From a virus (Duplodnaviria; Caudoviricetes), in the IMG/VR virus record IMGVR_UViG_3300014720_002243, positions 1 through 64,000 of that record: a DNA stretch of 64,000 nucleotides, one strand, 5' to 3'. How positions within the stretch are numbered: position 1 is the stretch's first letter; the number at the start of each line of letters is the position of its first letter. Positions 53,452 through 61,240 of this stretch are shown piece by piece. A program made the position numbers and the translations under genes. The notes below the pieces were generated by a model. That model saw only the letters and a program-made list of their open reading frames with translations. It was not told where the DNA came from and did not search any database.

Positions 53452-55278
53452 ATGTGTGGTATAATGGGTTACAAGGGAAACAAGAAGTGTTTGCCAATTA
53501 TATTAGATGGACTTAAACGACTAGAATATAGAGGATATGATAGTGCTGGAGTATCCTATATAATAGGCAATAAATTAATTACATTTAAAAGTCCTGGATG
53601 TGTTAATGAGTTAATTAATAATTGGATAGATTTTGATATGCCAAGTAATATTGGTATAGGTCATACTAGATGGGCAACACACGGTCAACCATCTCAAAGA
53701 AACGCTCACCCTCATACTACTAGCGACGATAGATTAAGCATCGTTCATAATGGAATTGTAGAAAATTATGTAGCATTACAAAAAGAATTAATAGATAAAG
53801 GTTACTTATTTGTTTCGGAAACAGATACAGAAGTTTTATTATATTTAATATACGATTATTTAGTAATAGAAAATTTACCATTATTTGAAGCTGTTAAATT
53901 TGCTCTAGAAAGAGTTGTTGGGGCGTATGCTATATGCGTCATAGATAAAAAAGATCCAGAAAATATAGTAGCTGCTAGAAAAGGAAGTCCTCTTGTTGTA
54001 GGTTTGGGCGAACCGGGAGAATTTTATGTTGCTAGTGATCAATTAGCTTTAGTAGGATATACAAATGATATTGTTGTATTAGAAGATAATGTTGTTGTGG
54101 AACTAAAAGATCAATTAACTTGCTATGATATGAGAAATAAAAAAATATCTCAATGCAATATATCTAAACTATATAATCAAATATACAATATTGAAAAAAA
54201 TGGATACGATCATTTTATGATCAAAGAAATATATGAACAGCCTAGAGTTGTAGCAGACTGTTTGAGTGGTAGGATTGATGGTTATAGGATAAAACTTGGA
54301 GGTTTATTTGGTTATGAAAATATCTTAAGTACTGCGGATCATATTACTATACTTGCATGTGGATCATCGTGGCACGCTGGATTAATAGCAAAATATTATT
54401 TTGAAGAATTTTGTGGAATAAAAACTAGCGTGGAATATGCTAGTGAATTTAGATATAGAAAACCAGTTATTAATGAAGACGATATTGTAATAGCTATATC
54501 ACAAAGTGGCGAAACAGCTGATACTATTAATGCTGCAAATTTAGCAAAATCCAAAGGGGCTATTGTTATTGGAGTTTGTAATGTAGCAGATTCTTCGTTA
54601 GTTAGATTAACAGAGTGCGGAGTATATTGTAGGGCTGGCGCAGAGATAGGGGTGGCCAGTACAAAAGCTTTTATGTCTCAAGTAATAGTATTATTATTAA
54701 TAGCACTATGGATAGAACAATATAGAGACTCTAGAATGTTAATAGATTATAGACAAGCTATTATAGATGATTTAAAAAAATTACCAATAGTATTAGAAGA
54801 AGTATTAAAGTTAAATAAAAATATAAGAAAACTTGGTGCTAAGTTCCATAAATCTAAAAATTGCATTTATCTAGGAAGAGAATATAATTTTCCTGTAGCC
54901 TTAGAAGGAGCATTAAAATTAAAAGAAATATCTTATATTCATGCTGAAGGATATCCTGCTGCCGAAATGAAACATGGTCCTATAGCTTTAATAGATAAAA
55001 ATATGCCGGTAATTGTTGTGTCTAACAACAAAAAACAATATAGTAAAATTGCAAATAATATCAAAGAGATACAAGCTAGGAGCGGAGAAGTTATAGAGGT
55101 TTATGCAGAAGATAGGTTTTCTGGTGATTATGGATTAAAAGTTCCTAGTGTGGTTGATCCCGTAAGTCCTTTGATATCTAGTATGGTATTACAATTATTT
55201 GCATATTATTGTGCTATTTTGAGTGGTCACGATGTTGATAAACCAAGAAACCTAGCCAAAAGCGTAACTGTAGAATAA
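53452..55278 (+). CDS. glmS: Glutamine-fructose-6-phosphate aminotransferase (isomerizing)
   Basis: MCGI start (catalytic Cys1), LEYRGYDSAG, GHTRWATHG, HNGIVEN, SQSGETAD, PRNLAKSVTVE. Confidence 0.97.
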   Translation: MCGIMGYKGNKKCLPIILDGLKRLEYRGYDSAGVSYIIGNKLITFKSPGCVNELINNWIDFDMPSNIGIGHTRWATHGQPSQRNAHPHTTSDDRLSIVHNGIVENYVALQKELIDKGYLFVSETDTEVLLYLIYDYLVIENLPLFEAVKFALERVVGAYAICVIDKKDPENIVAARKGSPLVVGLGEPGEFYVASDQLALVGYTNDIVVLEDNVVVELKDQLTCYDMRNKKISQCNISKLYNQIYNIEKNGYDHFMIKEIYEQPRVVADCLSGRIDGYRIKLGGLFGYENILSTADHITILACGSSWHAGLIAKYYFEEFCGIKTSVEYASEFRYRKPVINEDDIVIAISQSGETADTINAANLAKSKGAIVIGVCNVADSSLVRLTECGVYCRAGAEIGVASTKAFMSQVIVLLLIALWIEQYRDSRMLIDYRQAIIDDLKKLPIVLEEVLKLNKNIRKLGAKFHKSKNCIYLGREYNFPVALEGALKLKEISYIHAEGYPAAEMKHGPIALIDKNMPVIVVSNNKKQYSKIANNIKEIQARSGEVIEVYAEDRFSGDYGLKVPSVVDPVSPLISSMVLQLFAYYCAILSGHDVDKPRNLAKSVTVE

Positions 55279-55718
55279 TGTTTTATATTAGACCCATATC
55301 TATATATGATAATTTAAATGAATATATGAGGTGTGTGGAGGATCTAAACGGTTCTGATGTTAGTGTCAGCAATGAACAAGAAATGAGGGGATGGTTATTT
55401 TCTAGACCAGACAATATTGTAACATATGTATGTGTTTATAATAGAAAAATAGTTGCTACGGCTACTTGTTTGTTTGAAAGAAAACTAAGATACAATCAGT
55501 TGTGCTGTCATTTGGAGGATGTGGGAGTTGTGCAAGAGTGTCGTTCTATGGGTTTGGGGCGATTGATAGTTAACTATTGTGTGGGCGAAGCAAAATTTAG
55601 AGGATGCTATAAGATAAAGCTTCATTGTAGCGATAAGCTTCTTGGTTTCTATGAGCATCTAGGTTTTGTAAAAATTAATAATGGAATGGAAAAAAATATC
55701 AATAAACTGGCCAATTAG
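55278..55718 (+). CDS. GNA1-type glucosamine-6-phosphate N-acetyltransferase (GNAT)
   Basis: HLEDVGV..RSMGLG...GCYKIKLHC...FYEHLGF; coupled to glmS. Confidence 0.8.
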   Translation: MFYIRPISIYDNLNEYMRCVEDLNGSDVSVSNEQEMRGWLFSRPDNIVTYVCVYNRKIVATATCLFERKLRYNQLCCHLEDVGVVQECRSMGLGRLIVNYCVGEAKFRGCYKIKLHCSDKLLGFYEHLGFVKINNGMEKNINKLAN

Positions 55719-55801
55719 TTTATGGTGTCCCTACTTCTTTTAGACCACCCCCGGTTTTTATGGAAAAAAGTGGCAGTCCTTTAGAAAATGAAAAAACCCC
55801 C

Positions 55802-55879
55802 TAAACCTTTACTCTGCAAGGGTTTACGGCGAATATTTTGGGCCACATTTTTCATAAAGCCTTGAAAATCATAGACTTA
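55802..55879. repeat. Paired-palindrome element 1
   Basis: TAAACCTTT-N7-AAGGGTTTA and, 53 bp later, TAAAGCCTT-N7-ATAGACTTA. Confidence 0.9.
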
Positions 55880-55998
55880 CGTGCATTTTACAAAAATGGC
55901 AGGACAAAATGGCAGAAACTGCAAGAATGACATAGTGCCATAATGACAGAATCATCAAAAACGCCGAGAAAATCGTGGAAAAAATATTTTTCGGCATT

Positions 55999-56014
55999 TG
56001 GCACGGTATCTGCA
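55999..56014 (+). promoter_or_regulatory. sigma54-like -24/-12 motif
   Basis: TGGCACG-GTAT-CTGCA about 30 nt upstream of ATG 56045. Confidence 0.55.
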
Positions 56015-56044
56015 CTATATATTGGTAGAAAAGAAAGGAAAAGA

Positions 56045-56233
56045 ATGAATAAGTACAGCAAAAAGGTGCTTTCCAAGCGTTTGAACAAGTTGGGCTATAC
56101 TTTGGGTCGTGATATTTTCGGATGGGTCGTGATTTCCACCCATACAGGCTTCGAATGGAAGTTCCCCACCCTAGGAGGGGTGAATAGGTTTATTCTTGAC
56201 ACGGAAAGCCTCAAGGCCATGAATACCCCATAG
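56045..56233 (+). CDS. Small early protein, paralog of 56840..57049
   Basis: AAAGGAA RBS; shares K.L.K.GYTL.R...W.F..L.GV.RF..D with the paralog. Confidence 0.7.
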   Translation: MNKYSKKVLSKRLNKLGYTLGRDIFGWVVISTHTGFEWKFPTLGGVNRFILDTESLKAMNTP

Positions 56234-56240
56234 AGGGGGG

Positions 56241-56269
56241 TTGACAAGCGATTTTTTCTAGTGTATAAT
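56241..56269 (+). promoter_or_regulatory. sigma70 promoter
   Basis: TTGACA-17-TATAAT. Confidence 0.85.
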
Positions 56270-56299
56270 CATTTCATCATCACCAAGAGGAAAAAAGAC

Positions 56300-56623
56300 A
56301 TGACCAAGTTCGCAATCATCGAAAACGCCAAGCGTCAAGCCCGTATGTGCTTTCTCGGTATCGCTATCCCGTGCGACAAGACCACTGTTGATGGTAGCGT
56401 GATTCGTTCCGAAAAGGTTTTGAAGTTCAACCGTAAGGCTCTGCGTCGAGCCAATAGCGTCAAGATGGAAAAGGTTGATCCCCGCGTTGTGGGGGGTGAT
56501 GATAGCATGATCGTAAAGGTTGGAAAGCCCGGCTCCCCCGAAAGGGTGGAAGCACTCGCTGCTCAATACTCTGCCGTAATGGCAGAAGGGATCGAAGTAT
56601 CCCCCTTTGGGTGGGATGGCTGA
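56300..56623 (+). CDS. Hypothetical early protein
   Basis: GAGG RBS; own promoter; MTKFAIIENAKRQ... Confidence 0.7.
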   Translation: MTKFAIIENAKRQARMCFLGIAIPCDKTTVDGSVIRSEKVLKFNRKALRRANSVKMEKVDPRVVGGDDSMIVKVGKPGSPERVEALAAQYSAVMAEGIEVSPFGWDG

Positions 56624-56625
56624 CG

Positions 56626-56703
56626 TAACCCGTTGAGACGCAAGGCTTTGCGTTCGACGGGGCCACAGAGGCTTGACGTAAACCCTTGCAAATCAACAAC
56701 ATA
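56626..56703. repeat. Paired-palindrome element 2
   Basis: TAACCCGTT-N7-AAGGCTTTG / TAAACCCTT-N7-AACAACATA, 53-bp offset. Confidence 0.85.
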
Positions 56704-56718
56704 GCAAATACCATGCCA
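56703..56718 (-). promoter_or_regulatory. sigma54-like -24/-12 motif (antisense)
   Basis: Minus strand TGGCATG-GTAT-TTGCT. Confidence 0.55.
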
Positions 56719-56782
56719 AACAAAGGTAAAACCGTAAAAAGTTTTGTCAAAATCTCTTGACAGAAAAATCCAAAGATTTTGC

Positions 56783-56811
56783 TTGCAACCTAAAGAATCG
56801 CCCTGTATAAT
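56783..56811 (+). promoter_or_regulatory. sigma70 promoter
   Basis: TTGCAA-17-TATAAT followed by GTCGATA. Confidence 0.8.
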
Positions 56812-56839
56812 GTCGATATAAGAAAAGAGGAGAAAAAAG

Positions 56840-57049
56840 ATGAACAGCAAAACGATTGCCAAAGAGTTGCAGAAGATGGGTTACACACTCAAGCGGACTT
56901 CCGATGTTGAAGCCCGATGGATGGTTCGCTCGGATGTGCTAACCTACCATTGGAACTTCAAGGACTTGAAGGGTGTGGAGCGTTTCATGGTTGACGAACG
57001 GGCTATGTATCGGTATGCTAAGGCGAACGGTGCTACGCTTCGCAAGTAG
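56840..57049 (+). CDS. Small early protein, paralog of 56045..56233
   Basis: GAGGAG RBS; paralogy. Confidence 0.75.
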   Translation: MNSKTIAKELQKMGYTLKRTSDVEARWMVRSDVLTYHWNFKDLKGVERFMVDERAMYRYAKANGATLRK

Positions 57050-57061
57050 AAAGGAAATGAT

Positions 57062-57244
57062 ATGATGTTTTCGGATTGCTGTGGTGTTCAGATTGTAGAC
57101 GATATTGCAGGATTGGAACTCTGCCCGCGTTGCTGGGAGCATTGTGAGGTTATCGTCGAAGATGAGGATATGGCCGCTGCTCGGGAAGAGATTGAAAATA
57201 TGTCCGTCGAAGAGTATAATAGCCTTCCTCTCTATAAGGGCTGA
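57062..57244 (+). CDS. Small Zn-ribbon protein
   Basis: SDCCG...CPRCWEHC; AAGGA RBS. Confidence 0.65.
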   Translation: MMFSDCCGVQIVDDIAGLELCPRCWEHCEVIVEDEDMAAAREEIENMSVEEYNSLPLYKG

Positions 57245-57247
57245 ACA

Positions 57248-57457
57248 ATGCAAGTTTTCGATCATAGACTTTTGGTTGCTGTGCCTGCGAATAAGTGGAT
57301 CGGGGAATGGATTCAGCGTGACCCATCCCCCATATACAGAGGTACACTTGCTGCACAGTTGCGACTGATCCGCAAGAGGCACGGTACCCCCTATGCGAGG
57401 GAGTGGCGTGACCATATGGTGTGGCTTGGCAGTTATCCTCCCAAATATAAGTACTAA
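57248..57457 (+). CDS. Hypothetical early protein
   Basis: Tightly packed plus-strand ORF ending just before element 3. Confidence 0.55.
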   Translation: MQVFDHRLLVAVPANKWIGEWIQRDPSPIYRGTLAAQLRLIRKRHGTPYAREWRDHMVWLGSYPPKYKY

Positions 57458-57460
57458 TCC

Positions 57461-57538
57461 TAAATCGTTGGCCCATAAGGCTTTGCGACTTGGGCCCTCG
57501 GCCTAGGTTGACGCAAACCCTTGGGAAACAATACGTTG
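57461..57538. repeat. Paired-palindrome element 3
   Basis: TAAATCGTT-N7-AAGGCTTTG / CAAACCCTT-N7-AATACGTTG, 53-bp offset. Confidence 0.85.
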
Positions 57539-57592
57539 CAGATTTTTTCGATTTGGCACGAAATTATATTTGAAATTTTCCAAAGATTTCGC

Positions 57593-57620
57593 TTGCAATC
57601 TAAAGAAAACTCTGTATAAT
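57593..57620 (+). promoter_or_regulatory. sigma70 promoter
   Basis: TTGCAA-16-TATAAT followed by GTCGATA. Confidence 0.75.
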
Positions 57621-57659
57621 GTCGATATAAGAAGTAGGAAAGAAAAAGGAGACGATAAA

Positions 57660-57899
57660 ATGGTTACCTTGAGCACCCGAGACGAGTTGGTTGAGTTCCT
57701 GTATGGTGCGGACAGCACTTCTCCCGATACGTTGGTTGGGGTTGCCACCATCGGTGGAGAGTTGCTGGCTGAGGCTCTTACCCACGATCTGCGGGATGGC
57801 ACCTTCCATATTGGGGATTTCTTCCCGATGGGTGATGAGGGTGAGGGAATCACCGTTGACCGTGATGGACGCATTCTGGAAGACTATCTGTACTATTGA
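57660..57899 (+). CDS. Acidic hypothetical early protein
   Basis: AAGGAG RBS; MVTLSTRDELVEFL... Confidence 0.7.
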   Translation: MVTLSTRDELVEFLYGADSTSPDTLVGVATIGGELLAEALTHDLRDGTFHIGDFFPMGDEGEGITVDRDGRILEDYLYY

Positions 57900-57905
57900 T
57901 CAGTA

Positions 57906-57933
57906 TTGACAGCATAAAAATCTGTAGTATAAT
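57906..57933 (+). promoter_or_regulatory. sigma70 promoter
   Basis: TTGACA-16-TATAAT. Confidence 0.75.
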
Positions 57934-57956
57934 AGTAGAAAAGAAAGAGAGAAAAG

Positions 57957-58181
57957 ATGCAATCCTCGATGAGCGTAAACGGTTTTCTTGCTAGCCTTCC
58001 TAGGATCGTACAGAAGAAGGTGTGGAAGGTTACGGATAAGGATGGTACGGTTGTTCAGTATGTTGGTGCTACGGATAACCGAAAGACTACTGCACAAAAG
58101 TATATCGACACCAAGTATCCCGATAAGGTACTGGTATTGACATTTTCACATTTCAATGGTATGATTACACTTCCTCGCTAA
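57957..58181 (+). CDS. Hypothetical early protein
   Basis: Purine-rich leader and own promoter. Confidence 0.65.
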   Translation: MQSSMSVNGFLASLPRIVQKKVWKVTDKDGTVVQYVGATDNRKTTAQKYIDTKYPDKVLVLTFSHFNGMITLPR

Positions 58182-58202
58182 CCCTTATGCAAGAAAGAAA
58201 TA

Positions 58203-58367
58203 ATGAATCCTCAAGCAATCAATGATTCTCGGCCTCTCGTGTGGACGGTTTCGGAGAATGTTCCCGATACTTACTGCCTGTATATTGATGGTATTCTTAT
58301 GCACGAAAACCTCTCGTTCGAGGAGTTTTACCCCCTGTATAAGGGGTATATTTCTAATAAGACGTAA
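58203..58367 (+). CDS. Hypothetical 54-aa protein whose stop codon is the first TAA of element 4
   Basis: MNPQAINDSRPLVW...YKGYISNKT*. Confidence 0.55.
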   Translation: MNPQAINDSRPLVWTVSENVPDTYCLYIDGILMHENLSFEEFYPLYKGYISNKT

Positions 58368-58442
58368 AACATGAAGCCACAAGGGTTTACAACACTTGTG
58401 AGTATAGAGGGACGATGTAAAGCCTTGTGCGACATAGACTTA
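58365..58442. repeat. Paired-palindrome element 4
   Basis: TAAAACATG-N7-AAGGGTTTA / TAAAGCCTT-N7-ATAGACTTA, 53-bp offset. Confidence 0.85.
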
Positions 58443-58457
58443 GGAATTGTGCTCTTT

Positions 58458-58491
58458 TGGCATGGCTTTTGCTCTAGCATACTCTGTGCCA
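58458..58491. promoter_or_regulatory. Head-to-head pair of sigma54-like motifs
   Basis: Plus strand TGGCATG-GCTT-TTGCT (58458-58473); minus strand TGGCACA-GAGT-ATGCT (58476-58491). Confidence 0.55.
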
Positions 58492-58555
58492 AACAGCGTC
58501 AAAATGAGAAAAAGTTTTGTCAAAATCTCTTGACATAAAAAATCCAAAAAATCTC

Positions 58556-58583
58556 TTGACTTTCAAGTTTTAGCCTGTATAAT
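58556..58583 (+). promoter_or_regulatory. sigma70 promoter
   Basis: TTGACT-16-TATAAT followed by GTCGATA. Confidence 0.75.
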
Positions 58584-58621
58584 GTCGATAATAGAAGAGA
58601 GAGAAAGAAAGAGAGAACTAA

Positions 58622-58876
58622 ATGCTTCGCAAGATTCCAAAGACTGAAACGATTCGCAAGAGTATCCGCCGGTATGCGTATATTGCTGGCTTTACGCTCC
58701 ATCCCCATAGCGTTGGGTCTATTCCTTCTGGTGTTCCCGGTACGTATAGTCTTTTCGATATCAAGATGGGCTACTATACTCATCGTAGTATTCCGATGGA
58801 TACGGTCGTTCGCGTTATAGTAGACGAACTGTATGCTATAAAGTATCGACTCGGCCCCTCTCTTGTGAGGGGTTGA
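58622..58876 (+). CDS. Hypothetical early protein
   Basis: Purine-rich leader and own promoter. Confidence 0.65.
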   Translation: MLRKIPKTETIRKSIRRYAYIAGFTLHPHSVGSIPSGVPGTYSLFDIKMGYYTHRSIPMDTVVRVIVDELYAIKYRLGPSLVRG

Positions 58877-58900
58877 CAAGGTAAAATAGTTTAGTATAAT
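58873..58900 (+). promoter_or_regulatory. sigma70 promoter
   Basis: TTGACA-16-TATAAT. Confidence 0.75.
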
Positions 58901-58928
58901 ACCTAAATCAAGAAAGAAAGAGATAAAA

Positions 58929-59105
58929 ATGAGTTGCCCTGACCCGCTTTATGATTACGAGGATTGGAACGACGAGGATTCGTCCGACGATGGATATGAT
59001 GCCATGAAGGATAACTATCTCACTAATGGTGGGTATGGTTACAATGAGCGTACCCGGCGTGAGGATCAAGAATGGGCCGATGAGTGCCGCCGTAATAAGT
59101 GGTGA
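58929..59105 (+). CDS. Small acidic protein (58 aa), N-terminus similar to 61513..61872
   Basis: MSCPDPLYDYEDWNDEDSSDDGYD... Confidence 0.65.
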   Translation: MSCPDPLYDYEDWNDEDSSDDGYDAMKDNYLTNGGYGYNERTRREDQEWADECRRNKW

Positions 59106-59109
59106 ATCA

Positions 59110-59187
59110 CATCTCTATGCTCGACAAGGCTTTGCATCGAGCAGCCCCGGCCACGCTTGACGTAAACCCTTGTGGCATAAGAAAAAA
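59110..59187. repeat. Paired-palindrome element 5 (degenerate outer arms)
   Basis: CATCTCTAT-N7-AAGGCTTTG / TAAACCCTT-N7-AAGAAAAAA, 53-bp offset. Confidence 0.7.
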
Positions 59188-59197
59188 GATTTTTTGC

Positions 59198-59226
59198 TTG
59201 ACAACCTAAAGACTGGCCTGTAAAAT
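59198..59226 (+). promoter_or_regulatory. sigma70 promoter
   Basis: TTGACA-17-TAAAAT followed by ACCGATA. Confidence 0.8.
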
Positions 59227-59258
59227 ACCGATATAAGAGAAAGAGAAAGGAACCCAAA

Positions 59259-59486
59259 ATGAAACTTTCCGGAATGTTGGTTGAGAATCGTCGGCCTGTT
59301 TATTCGTATTCTTGGCTTTGCGAAAAGATGGCTGATCGTTCGCGTGTTTTGCTCAAAACTGGAGACGGAAAAAACCATTTTGGTCTAATCAATGGTATCC
59401 GTCCCGAGGATGGTAGCGGTCGATGCTGGCTGGTGACTCTCACCGAAAACGGAAAGAATGAAACGGTTTTTATGAGAACCTCTTGA
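59259..59486 (+). CDS. Hypothetical early protein
   Basis: AAAGGAA RBS; own promoter. Confidence 0.7.
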   Translation: MKLSGMLVENRRPVYSYSWLCEKMADRSRVLLKTGDGKNHFGLINGIRPEDGSGRCWLVTLTENGKNETVFMRTS

Positions 59487-59538
59487 TTTTCTAAAGTGTA
59501 GACTGTAGAATACCGATAACACTAGAAAAGGAAATAGA

Positions 59539-59850
59539 ATGACTCACAGCGAAGCGATTAGCATGGTTCATGGTAAGCGTAATGCGAAGCGACGTAAGGT
59601 TGGAAATAACACCTACGCTGAAATCCTGCATGATAATAGTGTAGGGATTATGCTTCACAGCACCTATGTTGTGAAGATTCATCCGGACGATACATACACC
59701 CTGCAAACAGGGGGATGGCAAACGGTAACGACCAAGGATAGAATCAATCAATATAGTCCGGTTCGCGTGTATCAGCGAAAGTATGAGTGGTTTGTAAAGA
59801 TACACGGAAAGGAATACCCCTTTATGGAGGGGATGGTAGTGGGAGGTTGA
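59539..59850 (+). CDS. Phage hypothetical protein
   Basis: AAGGA RBS; promoter at 59483-59511; LHST..V...L.TGGWQTVTTKDRIN motif. Confidence 0.7.
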   Translation: MTHSEAISMVHGKRNAKRRKVGNNTYAEILHDNSVGIMLHSTYVVKIHPDDTYTLQTGGWQTVTTKDRINQYSPVRVYQRKYEWFVKIHGKEYPFMEGMVVGG

Positions 59851-59852
59851 CG

Positions 59853-59930
59853 TAAACCACGGTGCCGCAAGGATTTGCGGAAACTGTGGCCGGACTCATT
59901 TTTCATAAAGCCTTATCGTGTAAGGTTTTA
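59853..59930. repeat. Paired-palindrome element 6
   Basis: TAAACCACG-N7-AAGGATTTG / TAAAGCCTT-N7-AAGGTTTTA, 53-bp offset. Confidence 0.85.
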
Positions 59931-59952
59931 GGATTTTCTTCAGTTTTGGCTA

Positions 59953-59981
59953 TTGACAAGCCGATAATATCTTTGTAGAAT
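59953..59981 (+). promoter_or_regulatory. sigma70 promoter with CGATA in the spacer
   Basis: TTGACA-agccgataatatctttg-TAGAAT. Confidence 0.8.
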
Positions 59982-60001
59982 GATCCCATAAGGAGAAAAC
60001 G

Positions 60002-60295
60002 ATGCTTGCAACCAAAAGAGACATGGCCGAGCGGATCGCTGAGAAGGTTGGTGTTACTGGAGCCCAAGCCAAGGAGATTGTACAGGCAACTCTTGATGAT
60101 TTGGTGTTGACTCTTGCCAGTACGGGCAGAATCGAACTGAGGAACTTTGGTGTTTTTACGGTGAAAGTTCGGGCCGCTCGTAAGGCTAGGAATCCTCGCA
60201 GTGGTGCAACCGTTATGATTGGCGAGCGTCGTACCGTTAAGTTCAAGCCAGGAAAGGCTATGGAACAGGCTGTACAGAATCCTCTCCCCTCTTGA
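60002..60295 (+). CDS. IHF/HU-family DNA-bending protein
   Basis: TKRDMAERIAEK...GRIELRNFGVFTVKVRAARKARNPRSG...VKFKPGK. Confidence 0.93.
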   Translation: MLATKRDMAERIAEKVGVTGAQAKEIVQATLDDLVLTLASTGRIELRNFGVFTVKVRAARKARNPRSGATVMIGERRTVKFKPGKAMEQAVQNPLPS

Positions 60296-60310
60296 GGGGG
60301 AGCCTCTACA

Positions 60311-60388
60311 TAAATCCAATAGACACAAGGGTTTATGCTAGGTGGCTTCGGGAGCCAAAATCGTAAAGCCTTGTGTGCATTGAACTTA
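60311..60388. repeat. Paired-palindrome element 7
   Basis: TAAATCCAA-N7-AAGGGTTTA / TAAAGCCTT-N7-TTGAACTTA, 53-bp offset. Confidence 0.85.
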
Positions 60389-60408
60389 GATTTTTTTAAA
60401 GAATACGC

Positions 60409-60437
60409 TTGACAAATGACGATAATAGATGTAGAAT
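60409..60437 (+). promoter_or_regulatory. sigma70 promoter with CGATA in the spacer
   Basis: TTGACA-aatgacgataatagatg-TAGAAT. Confidence 0.8.
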
Positions 60438-60463
60438 GGATCAGAAACCTATTGGAGAGTAAA

Positions 60464-60655
60464 ATGGAAACCTTGTTTGTTCCTGTTCGTCATGATGTTG
60501 TTTCTTTCGCCTATAAGGGTAAGTCCTATACCGGGGAAGTTCGTAGAGTTTATGAAAAGCCCAAGGGTCATCTGATGATCGTGAAGATTGCGGAAGGTAA
60601 GTATCGCTCCTGCTATCTGGAAAACTGCGAAAACTTTTCATTCATTAATAAGTGA
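60464..60655 (+). CDS. Small beta-barrel-like hypothetical protein
   Basis: GGAG RBS; VSFAYKGKSYTGEV...KYRSCYL. Confidence 0.65.
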   Translation: METLFVPVRHDVVSFAYKGKSYTGEVRRVYEKPKGHLMIVKIAEGKYRSCYLENCENFSFINK

Positions 60656-60661
60656 GGAAAA

Positions 60662-60880
60662 ATGTCTACAATCTCTGTCTGGTTGGCTGGGGTTTCTGTA
60701 GTTTTTCTTGTAGGAGGCTTTGCCTGTTGGGCTATTGAGTCTTGTAAGAATAACTGGAGAAATAGAATCACAGTAGAGGATCTGGAAGAACTTGGTCGAT
60801 TATTTGAGCAGGAAGGCTCTTTCATTGGTTTTAATGATCGTGGGGAAAAGTTTTTAGTTGGTTTCACAAAGGATAAATAA
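60662..60880 (+). CDS. Small membrane-anchored protein
   Basis: GAGG RBS; N-terminal hydrophobic helix. Confidence 0.65.
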   Translation: MSTISVWLAGVSVVFLVGGFACWAIESCKNNWRNRITVEDLEELGRLFEQEGSFIGFNDRGEKFLVGFTKDK

Positions 60881-60894
60881 ACAAAGGAAAAAGG

Positions 60895-61002
60895 ATGTTC
60901 GGTATTAATATAGACTGGATGTGGATGGGTGTGGGATTTATTGTGGGTATTGGTTGTTCTTGGGCTGTTTGCGATCTTGTTTTTCCGATAAAGAGGCAAT
61001 AA
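60895..61002 (+). CDS. 35-aa hydrophobic peptide
   Basis: AAGGA RBS; MFGINIDWMWMGVGFIVGIGCSWAVCDLVFPIKRQ*. Confidence 0.5.
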   Translation: MFGINIDWMWMGVGFIVGIGCSWAVCDLVFPIKRQ

Positions 61003-61082
61003 TGAATCTTTACGATAAGATTATCTTGTCGAGTTCTTTTATCCTTGGCTGTGTGGTGAGCTGGATTATTAATCACTAAACA

Positions 61083-61160
61083 TAAGTCCTTGTCTAGCAA
61101 AGATTTGCGGCAAGGCTATGCGGCCACGAAAATCATAAACCGTTGCCAATAAAAGACTTA
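61083..61160. repeat. Paired-palindrome element 8
   Basis: TAAGTCCTT-N7-AAAGATTTG / TAAACCGTT-N7-AAAGACTTA, 53-bp offset. Confidence 0.9.
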
Positions 61161-61190
61161 GGCAAAATCCGATTTTTTCAAGAACCCCTC

Positions 61191-61218
61191 TTGCATTAGC
61201 CGATAATGACTGTATAAT
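61191..61218 (+). promoter_or_regulatory. sigma70 promoter with CGATA in the spacer
   Basis: TTGCAT-tagccgataatgactg-TATAAT. Confidence 0.7.
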
Positions 61219-61240
61219 CGGTGCAACACTAGGGAGAAAA

